A DNA stretch of 50,219 bases. It comes from Clostridia bacterium. GTDB taxonomy: Bacteria > Bacillota > Sulfobacillia > RBS10-35 > JAJYVM01. The notes beneath the pieces are model-generated. The model was not told where the DNA came from and made no database searches. It was given only the letters and a program-made list of their open reading frames with translations. The position numbers were made by a program, and so were the translations under genes. The stretch is taken from positions 1 to 50,219 of the forward strand of contig DAHVAF010000003.1 in NCBI GenBank assembly GCA_027314765.1, read 5' to 3'. Positions 1 through 8,413 of this stretch are shown one piece after another; position 1 is the first letter of the stretch, and every line of letters starts with the position of its first letter.

Positions 1-1008
1 GGGCGGGGGGCCCGCCAGGCCGGCCCCGCGCTCGGCCAGCATCAGGCCCGCGGCGATGACCCCTGCCAGCGGCAGCGTCACAGCCCAGACCAGCGCGATG
101 TCCAGGACCACCTGCCAGCGCGGCAGGGTCAGGCGGTGCGCGGCGCCGACGCCCAGCAGGGCCGTGGTGGCCGCCGACGTGGTGCTGACCGGATATCCCC
201 CCAGGGCGGCGCCGATCACGGCCACGGCGCTGCCGGTCTGCGCGGCCAGCGCGTCGGGCACGCGGACCCGGAAGATCCGAAACCCGACCGTCCGCATGAC
301 GCGGCGGCCGCCAGCCAGCATCCCGGCGCCGAAGACCAGCGTGCTGCCCACCACGGCCCACGCCGGGACCGTGAAGGCCGCGCCGGGCGCCCGGGACCAG
401 AGGCCGACCAACGCCAGCAGGCCGGTCACCTTCTCCGCGTCGTTGCCGCCGTAGCCGACGCCCTGCAGGACCGAGCCGGCGGCCTGCAGGGCCCGCAGCC
501 AGCCACCGCGGCGCAGGTGGCTCGGGCGCAGCGCCCGGTCGTACAGCCGCTTGCAGATCCAGCCCAGGACAAAGCCCGCGACCACCGCCAGCAGCATCCC
601 GCCGAGGACGCGCGCCACGCCCGCCCAGCGGACGGCACCGGCCCCCCCAGCCACCCACCCCGCGCCGATGAGGCCTCCGACCAGGGCCAGCGAGGTGCTG
701 GTCGGCAGCCGCCGGTAGTAGCTGACGGCGACGCTGGCCACGGCGCCCAGCACCCCCGCCACCAGGACCGGCGGCCCCAGGCGGGCGAGGTCCACGATCT
801 GCAGGGCGACGGTCCGGGCCACGGCCGTGCCGATCAGCCACGGACCGGCCGCCACGGCCGCCAGCACGACCAGTGAGCCGCCGAGCTGCGTCAGCGCGCC
901 GGAGGCCACCAGCGCCGCCACCAGGTTGCCGCCGTCGTTGGCGGCCCCCAGCACGCCGAAGAGCACCACCAGGGCGATCAGGGCGGCCGCCGCCCCCGGC
1001 GCCGTCAC
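1..1008 (-). CDS. Inorganic phosphate transporter, PiT family (3' end runs off window edge)
   Basis: Not in the ORF track; translated by hand from GTG at 1008. It has both PiT signature repeats (GAANDGGN, GYGGNDAEK), the motif GYPVSTT and many hydrophobic helices, with no stop before base 1. It starts 9 bp after the iolC stop. Confidence 0.85.
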   Translation of the reverse strand, partial: MTAPGAAAALIALVVLFGVLGAANDGGNLVAALVASGALTQLGGSLVVLAAVAAGPWLIGTAVARTVALQIVDLARLGPPVLVAGVLGAVASVAVSYYRRLPTSTSLALVGGLIGAGWVAGGAGAVRWAGVARVLGGMLLAVVAGFVLGWICKRLYDRALRPSHLRRGGWLRALQAAGSVLQGVGYGGNDAEKVTGLLALVGLWSRAPGAAFTVPAWAVVGSTLVFGAGMLAGGRRVMRTVGFRIFRVRVPDALAAQTGSAVAVIGAALGGYPVSTTSAATTALLGVGAAHRLTLPRWQVVLDIALVWAVTLPLAGVIAAGLMLAERGAGLAGPPP

Positions 1009-1017
1009 CGGCGCCCC

Positions 1018-1965
1018 TCAGCCACCACCGCCGCCCTGCCCGGCCAGCAGCGCCTCGACCTCCTGCCGCGTCGGCATGGCCTGGGAGCAGCTGTGACGGG
1101 TGACGACGATGGCGCCGGCCGCGTTGGCAAAGGCGAGGCAGCGCTCGGGCGACCAGTCGGAGAGGAGCCCGAAGCAGTACCCGGCCCCGAAGCCGTCGCC
1201 CGCGCCCAGGGTATTGACCACGTCGACCCGGTGGCCCTGTGCGCGCGCCTGGCCCTGGCGCGTGTAAAGCCATGCCCCGGCCCCGCCGCGCTTGGCCACC
1301 ACCTGGGTCGGCCCGAGGGCCAGCAACCGGGCGGCGGCGGCATCCGGCTCCGCGCTGCCGCCGGCGAAGGCCAGCTCCGGCTCGTTCGCCAGCACGACGT
1401 CGCAGAGGCTCACGGCCAGCCGGTAGTACAGGCGGGCGACCTGCTCGCCCTCCCAGAACTGGGGACGCCAGTCCACATCCAGGACGTTGATGCCGCCCCC
1501 CGCCCGGTGCATCTGCAGGGCCAGCAGGGCTGCCTCGCGGCCCGGGGACACGGCCAGGGCCGTGCCGGCCACGCAGAGGAGCCGCGCCGCGCCAAGGCGC
1601 CGCGGGTCGATGTCCTCCGGCGCCAGGTGGGCGTCGGCGCAGGGCTTTCTGTAAAAGAGCACCCGCGAGTCGTCCGGCGGGAAGATGGCGGCGAAGGCGA
1701 GGCCCGTCGGGTAGGTGGGGTCGGTGGCGAGCATGTCGGTGGCCACGCCCTCGCGCTCCAGCTCGGCGCGGAGGAAGCGCCCGAACTCGTCGGCGCCGAC
1801 GCGGCTGATCAGGCCGGCGGCGGCGCCGAGGCGGGCCAGCCCCACGGCCGTGTTGCCGGCCGAGCCGCCGAGGTACTTGCGGAAGGAGCTGACCTCCGCC
1901 AGGGGGGTGTGCAGCTCGGCGGCATAGAGGTCGACGATGACCCGGCCGAGAGTCAGCGCGCTCAC
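1018..1965 (-). CDS. iolC: 5-dehydro-2-deoxygluconokinase (PfkB family)
   Basis: LGRVIVDLY, KYLGGSAGNTAVGLARLG, NTLGAGDGF, HSCSQAMP. GTG start overlaps the iolB stop (GTGA). Confidence 0.92.
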   Translation of the reverse strand: MSALTLGRVIVDLYAAELHTPLAEVSSFRKYLGGSAGNTAVGLARLGAAAGLISRVGADEFGRFLRAELEREGVATDMLATDPTYPTGLAFAAIFPPDDSRVLFYRKPCADAHLAPEDIDPRRLGAARLLCVAGTALAVSPGREAALLALQMHRAGGGINVLDVDWRPQFWEGEQVARLYYRLAVSLCDVVLANEPELAFAGGSAEPDAAAARLLALGPTQVVAKRGGAGAWLYTRQGQARAQGHRVDVVNTLGAGDGFGAGYCFGLLSDWSPERCLAFANAAGAIVVTRHSCSQAMPTRQEVEALLAGQGGGGG

Positions 1966-2756
1966 CGTCCCGGTCCCCAGTTCATCAGCCAGGCGTGGTC
2001 CGGGTCGGGGGTGAAGCGCCACTCCCGCACCGGCCCCGCCATGACGTTCAGGTAGTAGTCATCGTACCCGGGCGCCGCCGCCACGACGTGGTAGCCGCGC
2101 GGCACGAGGATCAGGTCGCCGTCGCCGACGGCGCAGGTGGCATCGAGGTCGCCCTCCGCCGAGTAGACCCGCTGCAGGGCGAAGCCCTGGCCCGGCCGCA
2201 CCCGGTGGTAGTACACCTCGGCGAGGTCCCGCTCCCGGGGCGGGTCGTCCCGGTCATGCTTGTGCGGTGGGTAGCTGGACCAGTTCCCGGCCGGCGTGAA
2301 CACCTCGACCAGCAGCAGGCGCTCGGCCGGCGCCTCCTCCGGCAGGATGTGGTGGATGTGGCGCTCCGTCTGGCCGCTCCCCCGCCGCTCGTGGCGCGCC
2401 GAGGCCGGATCCAGCCGGCGCGCAGGCACGCCCGCCGTGGCCGGCGCGGCGCACACGGCCAGCTCCACGGCGTCCTCCGCGCGCAGCCGGTAGGGGCTGC
2501 CGGGCGGAAGCAGCAGGCCATCCGGCGGCCCGCCGCCCCATGGGTCCGCGCGGCTGCCGAGCAGGCCCCAGTCCCGGCCGGCCGCCTCGGCCCGCGCGTG
2601 GCCGCCCAGCAGGAGCAGGGCCGTCTCGGCATCCGCGCACCCGCCGGCCAGCTCCGCGCCCGCCGCCAGCCGGTGGACCCGGAAGTCGATGTGGGCCCAG
2701 CCGGGCTCGTCGCGCCGCACCCCGGAGGCGCCGGCCCGCCGCAGCGGCAGCGTCAT
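1962..2756 (-). CDS. iolB: 5-deoxy-glucuronate isomerase
   Basis: LLLVEVFTPAGNWSSYPPHKHD, EVYYH, VPRGYH, YYLNVMAGP. ATG at 2756 overlaps the iolE stop (ATGA). Confidence 0.95.
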   Translation of the reverse strand: MTLPLRRAGASGVRRDEPGWAHIDFRVHRLAAGAELAGGCADAETALLLLGGHARAEAAGRDWGLLGSRADPWGGGPPDGLLLPPGSPYRLRAEDAVELAVCAAPATAGVPARRLDPASARHERRGSGQTERHIHHILPEEAPAERLLLVEVFTPAGNWSSYPPHKHDRDDPPRERDLAEVYYHRVRPGQGFALQRVYSAEGDLDATCAVGDGDLILVPRGYHVVAAAPGYDDYYLNVMAGPVREWRFTPDPDHAWLMNWGPGR

Positions 2757-3643
2757 CCGCCCACCACCTTCCCCAGGTAGGCGCGCGCCTCGCGCGACGC
2801 CGGAAGCGCCGGGTGCAGGGCCGGGTCCTGCTCGGCCTCGACGATGACCCAGCCCGTGTAGGCCGCCGCGGCGAGCGGGGCCAGGACGGCGGCAAAGTCG
2901 ATGTCGCCGGCGCCCGGCGTGCAGAAGACGTTGCGCCGCACGGCCTCGAAGAAGGTCAGCCCCTGGCGCCTGGCCTGCGCCAGCACCGCCCCGCGCACGT
3001 CCTTGGCGTGGACGTACGCCACGCGGCCGGCATGACGCCGCATCACCCGCGCCGGGTCGCCGCCCCCGTAACGGATGTGCCCGGTGTCCGGGCAGAGCGC
3101 CACGTCGCTCTCGCGGCACAGCCGGTCGATGTCGTCCTCGGTCTCGACGGGCGTGCCGCCGTGGGGGTGGAAGCAGAGGCGGACCCCCTGGGCGGCGGCC
3201 GCCGCGGTCAGCTCCGCGAGTCCCTCGGCGAGCCGCCGCCAGCCGGGGCCGTCCAGGGGCACGACGGCGGCGCGCGGCCCGCCGCGGTCCCAATGCAGCG
3301 AGCCCGTGCCCTCGGCCACCACGGCGGCGGTGGCGCCGGCGGCGGCGCAGAAGGCGATGTGGCTGCGGGTGGCCGCGATCTCGGCGGCCCGGAGCGCGGG
3401 GTCCGGGCTGGCCAGGTTGCACCAGCGGTAGGCGCCCGCCAGCACCAGGCCGCAGGCGGCCAGCTCCCCACGCGCGGCCTGGGGGTCGGCGGGGAAGCGG
3501 TAGCTCATCTCCGTGCCGGCAAAGCCCGCCGCCGCCATCTCCGCCAGCACCTGGGACGTCGGGGTGTCGGCGCCCCACTCGCGCAGGTCGTCGTTGACCC
3601 AGCCGATGGGCCCGACCCCGATGCGAACCTGCCCGAAGGGCAT
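2753..3643 (-). CDS. iolE: myo-inosose-2 dehydratase
   Basis: PIGWVNDD, FHPHGGT, DTGH, HAKDVR, F.TPG.GDIDF, GWVIVEAEQDP. Confidence 0.93.
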   Translation of the reverse strand: MPFGQVRIGVGPIGWVNDDLREWGADTPTSQVLAEMAAAGFAGTEMSYRFPADPQAARGELAACGLVLAGAYRWCNLASPDPALRAAEIAATRSHIAFCAAAGATAAVVAEGTGSLHWDRGGPRAAVVPLDGPGWRRLAEGLAELTAAAAAQGVRLCFHPHGGTPVETEDDIDRLCRESDVALCPDTGHIRYGGGDPARVMRRHAGRVAYVHAKDVRGAVLAQARRQGLTFFEAVRRNVFCTPGAGDIDFAAVLAPLAAAAYTGWVIVEAEQDPALHPALPASREARAYLGKVVGG

Positions 3644-5425
3644 TTACCGCACCTCCCGCGCGCGGCCGGCCAGCCACTCGGCGTGGGCGGGGAGATAGGC
3701 CGGCACGGGCACGTCCCACCAGCCGGCCTTGGTCAGGCCCTGCTTGCCGACGGGCACCTCGATCACGGCCGGCCCGCCCTCGGCCAGGGCGCGGGCCAGG
3801 GCGGGGCCGATCTCCGCCGGGTCGTCCACCCGCGTGCCCGCGAGGCCGAAGTCGCGGGCCAGGGCCGCGAAATCGGGGCTGTAGTCGGCGCCGCGGCGGC
3901 GAAACTCCGTGGCGATGGCCCGCCCCGGGCCATAGAGGCCCTCCTGCAGGCTGCGGATGGAGGTGAACCCCTGGTTGTTCAGCACGACGTAGACGACCCC
4001 CAGGTCCAGCTGCGCCGCCACCGCCAGCTCCTGGGCCGTGTTGAGAAAGTCGCCGTCCCCGGCGATCCCGACCACCGCGCGCTCCGGCGCCGCCAGCTTG
4101 GCGCCGATGGCGCCCGGCACCGTGAAGCCCATGGTGGAAAAGCCCCCGGAGGAGATGTGCGTGCGGGGCTCATAGACCGGGAACTCCTGATATAGCTGGT
4201 TCTGCGGCAGCCCGGCCCCCGCGGCGACGATGCCGTCCCGCGGCAGGGCGCGGCGGATCTCGGCCAGGGCCCGCGAGATCGTGGTCGGGCTGCCCTGCTG
4301 CTCGCGCGCGGGCCGCAGCTCCCCATCCCAGGCGTCGCGCAGGCGGGCGATCTCGGCGTGGTAGGGGCTGCCCCGCCAGGCGCGGGGTGGGGCTGCCGCC
4401 CGCAGCGCCTCCAGCAGGTCGACGGCCGCGGCGCCCGCATCCGCCACCAGGTCGACGGCCACGGGCGCGTTCTTGCCGATCTCGGCCGGGTCGAGGTCGA
4501 CCTGGATCAGGGCCGCGTCGGGCCGCAGAAAGTAGTCCGCATGGAAGGACGAGAACGACCAGTCGGTGAAGCGGCAGCCGACGGCCAGGACGACGTCCGC
4601 CGCGTGCAGCAGGGCATTCCCCACCGAGCTGCCGGGCGAGCCGGGGTGCAGCCCATAGAGCGGGTGGTCCTCGGGGACCGCTCCCTTGCCCATCCAGGTC
4701 GTCAGGATGGCGGCCCCGACATGCTCGGCCACCTGCTGCAGGGTCGCGCCGGCCCCGGCCGTGACGACGCCGCCGCCATCGATGACCACGGGACGCGCGG
4801 CCGTCGCCAGCAGGCGGGCCGCGCGCTCGGTCGCCGCCGCATCCGGCCGCGGCCGCGAGCGCGCCAGCCGCCGGGCGAGGTCGGACGGCGCGACATCGGC
4901 CGCCTCAGCCTGGACGTCCATGGGCAGGTCGAGGTGCACGGGCCCCGGACGGCCCGACAGCATCCGGTTGAGGGCCCGGTGCATGACGAAGGGGAGCTGC
5001 TCGACGGAGCCGACCTGCCAGCTCTGCTTGGTCACGGGCCGCAGCACGCTGGGGAAGTCCGCCCACTGCTGGCGGTCGACCTCCTGAAGCACCGAGCGGC
5101 CCCGCATGTAGGTGTGGGGGCTGCCGGTCACGGCCAGCAGGGCCGTGGAGTCGACGTAGGCCTGGGCCACGCCGGTGAGGGTGTTGCAGGCCCCCGGTCC
5201 CACGGACGTGAACACCGCGCACGGCCGGCCGCTCGCGCGATAGAACCCGTCCGCCATGTGCGCGGCGCCCTGCTCGTGGATGGTCATGACGGTGCCGATG
5301 CGGCCCCGGCGCTGCAGGGCGGCGTCGAACAGCGCCACGTCCCCGTGCCCGGGGATGCCGAAGACGTAGGGCATGCCGGCGGCGATCAACTCGTCGAGGA
5401 CGATCTCCGCGCCCGTGAGGCGCAT
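3644..5425 (-). CDS. iolD: ThDP-dependent enzyme, probable divergent THcHDO hydrolase (IolD-like)
   Basis: GIPGHG, HEQGAAH, TSVGPGA, GDGDF...LNNQGF..I..LQ and a C-terminal WWDVPV. It occupies the iolD position, but some segments look more like acetolactate synthase. Confidence 0.7.
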   Translation of the reverse strand: MRLTGAEIVLDELIAAGMPYVFGIPGHGDVALFDAALQRRGRIGTVMTIHEQGAAHMADGFYRASGRPCAVFTSVGPGACNTLTGVAQAYVDSTALLAVTGSPHTYMRGRSVLQEVDRQQWADFPSVLRPVTKQSWQVGSVEQLPFVMHRALNRMLSGRPGPVHLDLPMDVQAEAADVAPSDLARRLARSRPRPDAAATERAARLLATAARPVVIDGGGVVTAGAGATLQQVAEHVGAAILTTWMGKGAVPEDHPLYGLHPGSPGSSVGNALLHAADVVLAVGCRFTDWSFSSFHADYFLRPDAALIQVDLDPAEIGKNAPVAVDLVADAGAAAVDLLEALRAAAPPRAWRGSPYHAEIARLRDAWDGELRPAREQQGSPTTISRALAEIRRALPRDGIVAAGAGLPQNQLYQEFPVYEPRTHISSGGFSTMGFTVPGAIGAKLAAPERAVVGIAGDGDFLNTAQELAVAAQLDLGVVYVVLNNQGFTSIRSLQEGLYGPGRAIATEFRRRGADYSPDFAALARDFGLAGTRVDDPAEIGPALARALAEGGPAVIEVPVGKQGLTKAGWWDVPVPAYLPAHAEWLAGRAREVR

Positions 5426-5431
5426 CCCGCT

Positions 5432-6460
5432 TCACCCCTTCGGAGGCGCTGTGCTCTCCCCGATCCGCAGAGCCGGCTGCAGCACAAGCTTTCGCGCGCT
5501 CTTGATGCGGCTCGTGCGCAGCTGATGCAGCAGCTCGACGGCCAGGCGGCCGATGTCGCGCACCGGCTGCACCACGGTGGTCAGGCGCGGGTGCACGACC
5601 TCGGCCAGCAGGGTCCCGTCGTAGCCGGCCAGCGACAGCTCGTCCGGCACGGCGGTGCCCCGCTCGCGGCAGGCCTGCAGCACGCCGATCGCCATCAGGT
5701 CGTTCTGACAAAACAGCGCTGTCGGCCGGTCCCGCCGGTCGAGGATCCGGCCCGCGGCGGCGTGCGCCGCCTCGATCGTCCCCGCCGCCGCCTCGACCTC
5801 GACGTCTGGCTCCAGCCCCGCCGCCCGCAGGGCGGCCCGGAAGCCGCGGCGCCGCTCCTGGGCGCTGAACAGGGACAGCGGCTCGCTGACCAGGCCCACG
5901 CGCTCGTGGCCAAGGCCCAGCAGGTGCCGCGTCACCTCCCGCGCCCCGGCGAAGTCGTCATTGACGATGCAGGACACATCCAGGCCCGGGACCTCCCGGG
6001 CCAGCAGGACCACGGGCATGCCGGCCGCCGCGATGGGGCCGAGGACGTCGTCGGATGCCTCGGCCGCGGCCATCAGCACCCCGTCCACGCGGCGGCCGAC
6101 CAGCAGGGCCAGGGCATCGCGCTCCGCGCGCGGCCCGGCGACGTGCGTGATGAACACGTGGTAGCCGAGCTCCCCCGCCATGTCGTCGACGCCCTCGGCC
6201 AGGGCGCCGTAGAACGGGTTCGCGATGCTGGGCACGAGCAGCCCGACGGCGCCGGTGGTGCCCCCCGCCAGGGCCTTCGCCGCGAGGTTGGGCTGGTAAC
6301 CCAGCCGCTCCATGGCCTCCAGGACACGCGCCCGCGTGCCGGCGGCCACCTGGGGGTTGCCGTTGACCACCCGCGACACCGTCGCGGCCGACACCCCCGC
6401 CGCCGCCGCGACGTCGCGGATCGAGACGCCGCCGCTCGGGGGGGCCGTGCGCGCAGGCAT
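5432..6460 (-). CDS. LacI-family transcriptional regulator
   Basis: SIRDVAAAAGVSAATVSRVVN helix-turn-helix, LGYQPN hinge, periplasmic-binding-protein-like core. Confidence 0.95.
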   Translation of the reverse strand: MPARTAPPSGGVSIRDVAAAAGVSAATVSRVVNGNPQVAAGTRARVLEAMERLGYQPNLAAKALAGGTTGAVGLLVPSIANPFYGALAEGVDDMAGELGYHVFITHVAGPRAERDALALLVGRRVDGVLMAAAEASDDVLGPIAAAGMPVVLLAREVPGLDVSCIVNDDFAGAREVTRHLLGLGHERVGLVSEPLSLFSAQERRRGFRAALRAAGLEPDVEVEAAAGTIEAAHAAAGRILDRRDRPTALFCQNDLMAIGVLQACRERGTAVPDELSLAGYDGTLLAEVVHPRLTTVVQPVRDIGRLAVELLHQLRTSRIKSARKLVLQPALRIGESTAPPKG

Positions 6461-6462
6461 GC

Positions 6463-7467
6463 TCAGACCGCCTCCGCCCGCCCGGAGCGCAGCGAGCGTG
6501 TCGCGGCGCCAGCGATGGAGATGGCGGCCAGGTCGTCCTCCCCGCGCACCCGCGGCGGGCTGCCCCGCCGCACGCACGCGGCGAAGTCCTCGATCTCCCG
6601 GCGGTAGGCGTCGGCGAAGCGCTCCGTGAACCAGGGGTGGACGGGGTCGCGCTGGCCGCCGCCCTGCCGCCAGACCGTCACGGAGGTGAGGGTCTGCTCC
6701 CCCACCACCACGTGCCCGTCCGGCCCATACACCTCGACCCGCACGTCATAGCCCGGCGGGCTCTGCCGCGAGTTGTCCACGACGGCCAGGCACCCGCCCC
6801 GGAAGCGCAGCACGGTGGCGGCCACATCGACGTCCCCCAGCGAAGCGACCTCCGGCTGGATCCGCGCCGCGCCGGCGGCGAAGACCTCGGCCACCTCGTC
6901 GCCGGCCAGCCAGCGCGCCATGTCGAAGTCGTGGATGGCCATGTCGCGAAAGATCCCGCCGGAGGCGCGCAGGTATTCCAGGGGCGGCGGCTGGAGGTCG
7001 TGGCCGGTCAGCTTGATCAGGTAGGGCGCCCCGACGGCGCCCGCGCCGATCAGGTCGTGCGCTCGCTCGAAGGACGGATCGAACCGCCGCTGGTAGCCGA
7101 CCTGCAGGGTGACGGAGGCTGCCGCCCGGCAGGCCGCCGCCACGACCTTCGGGTCCTGGGCGATGGGCTTCTCGCAGAAGATGTGCTTGCCCGCCCGCGC
7201 GGCCGCCGCGACGATGTCGGCATGGGTCGGCGTCGGCGTGGCCACGATGACGGCGTCGACATCGGGATCCGCAAGCGCCTCGTCGACGCTGCCATGGCTG
7301 CGGGCCGCGCCCCAGCGCGCGGCTGCCTCCGCCAGCAGGGCGGCATCGGCCTCCGCCACGGCGGCGAGCCGTGCCCCGGGCACGCCCGCCGCCAGGTTGG
7401 CGGCATGAAAGCGGCCCATCCGTCCGAGTCCGAGCACCGCGATCCCCAGGGAATCGCTCAGGTCCAC
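6463..7467 (-). CDS. iolG: myo-inositol 2-dehydrogenase (Gfo/Idh/MocA family)
   Basis: GLGRMG, GKHIFCEKP, GYQRRFDP, SGGIFRDMAIHDFD, GYDVRVEV. GTG start at 7467 after a GGTGGGGG RBS. Confidence 0.9.
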   Translation of the reverse strand: MDLSDSLGIAVLGLGRMGRFHAANLAAGVPGARLAAVAEADAALLAEAAARWGAARSHGSVDEALADPDVDAVIVATPTPTHADIVAAAARAGKHIFCEKPIAQDPKVVAAACRAAASVTLQVGYQRRFDPSFERAHDLIGAGAVGAPYLIKLTGHDLQPPPLEYLRASGGIFRDMAIHDFDMARWLAGDEVAEVFAAGAARIQPEVASLGDVDVAATVLRFRGGCLAVVDNSRQSPPGYDVRVEVYGPDGHVVVGEQTLTSVTVWRQGGGQRDPVHPWFTERFADAYRREIEDFAACVRRGSPPRVRGEDDLAAISIAGAATRSLRSGRAEAV

Positions 7468-7478
7468 GCACCCCCACC

Positions 7479-7499
7479 GCAATCGCTCTCTGCAACAGT
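7479..7499. promoter_or_regulatory. Candidate LacI-type operator upstream of iolG
   Basis: GCAATCGCTCTC-T-GCAACAGT, which aligns with the sites at 10093 and 21374. Confidence 0.5.
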
Positions 7500-7591
7500 G
7501 CCACATACGCCAGATCCGGCGGTCGCTCCTGCCGGGCCGGGTCGGGCACGCGACCGACAGGAGCCGTGCTCTTTGCGGCGAAGCCACGCCA

Positions 7592-7605
7592 TGAAACCGG
7601 TTTCG
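7592..7605. promoter_or_regulatory. LacI-type palindromic operator upstream of the inositol monophosphatase
   Basis: Perfect 12-bp palindrome GAAACCGGTTTC (7593-7604) with a central CG, next to the RBS. Confidence 0.6.
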
Positions 7606-7618
7606 GAGGGGGACGTCC

Positions 7619-8413
7619 TTGGCAACGCCGATGGCGGCCGTCGTGGAGCTGCTGCAGGCCATGGCCACACTGGCCGAGGCCCGGATGCGGGCCGGGCTGG
7701 CGCAGCCCCTGGCCGCCGACGCCAAGGAGAGCCCCCACGACCTCGTCACGCACGTCGACCGCGAGATCGAGGCCGAGATGCGGCGCATGGTCGCGGCCCG
7801 CTTCCCGGACCACGGCTTCCTGGGGGAGGAGGCCGGGACCACGGGCGCCGGGCCCTGGCAGTGGGTGGTCGACCCGGTGGACGGCACCACGAACTACGCG
7901 AACGGCCTGCCGGTCGCCTGCTCGTCGATGGCGGTGCTCCATGACGGCCGCCCGGTCGCCGCGGCCGTCGTCGACCCCTTCCGCGGCGAGCGCTTTATGG
8001 CGGTCCGCGGCGGTGGCACCACCCTGAACGGCATCCCCGCGCACGTCAAGCGGCGCGGAGACGGCATCGCCGGCGGCCTCGTGCTCTGTGAGCTGGCCGG
8101 CGGCCACCCCTGGCCGGGCCTCCCGGCGCTTGCGGCCTTCGCCGACCGCCAGGGCGCGACGGTGCGGGTGCTGGGCTCCGGCGCCCTCGCCACGGCGGAG
8201 GTCGCGGCCGGCCGCGCCGACGCCGTGGTCCACGTGGGCCCCCACGCGTGGGATGTCGCCGCCGGCTGCCTGCTCGTCGAGGAGGCCGGGGGCGAGGTGA
8301 CCGGCTGGCGCGGCACGCAGGCGTATGACCTCTTCGGCGGCGGCCCCATGCTGGCCGGCGCCCCGGCGGCGTGCGCGATCCTGCGCCAGGGCCTGGCCGG
8401 CGCCCAGCCCTAG
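7619..8413 (+). CDS. Inositol monophosphatase family protein (SuhB-like)
   Basis: DLVT..D..IE, GEE, WVVDPVDGTTNY, WDVAAG. TTG start after GGAGGGGG. Confidence 0.92.
   Translation: MATPMAAVVELLQAMATLAEARMRAGLAQPLAADAKESPHDLVTHVDREIEAEMRRMVAARFPDHGFLGEEAGTTGAGPWQWVVDPVDGTTNYANGLPVACSSMAVLHDGRPVAAAVVDPFRGERFMAVRGGGTTLNGIPAHVKRRGDGIAGGLVLCELAGGHPWPGLPALAAFADRQGATVRVLGSGALATAEVAAGRADAVVHVGPHAWDVAAGCLLVEEAGGEVTGWRGTQAYDLFGGGPMLAGAPAACAILRQGLAGAQP

Noticed and set aside
1962..3719. 585-aa ORF as an extended IolB
   Set aside because: The N-terminal part is an alternative frame over iolE. The ATGA-coupled start at 2756 gives a normal IolB.
7491..7503. Sigma-54 promoter (TGGCAC…TTGCA on the minus strand)
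   Set aside because: The GG-to-GC spacing is too short for a -24/-12 promoter.
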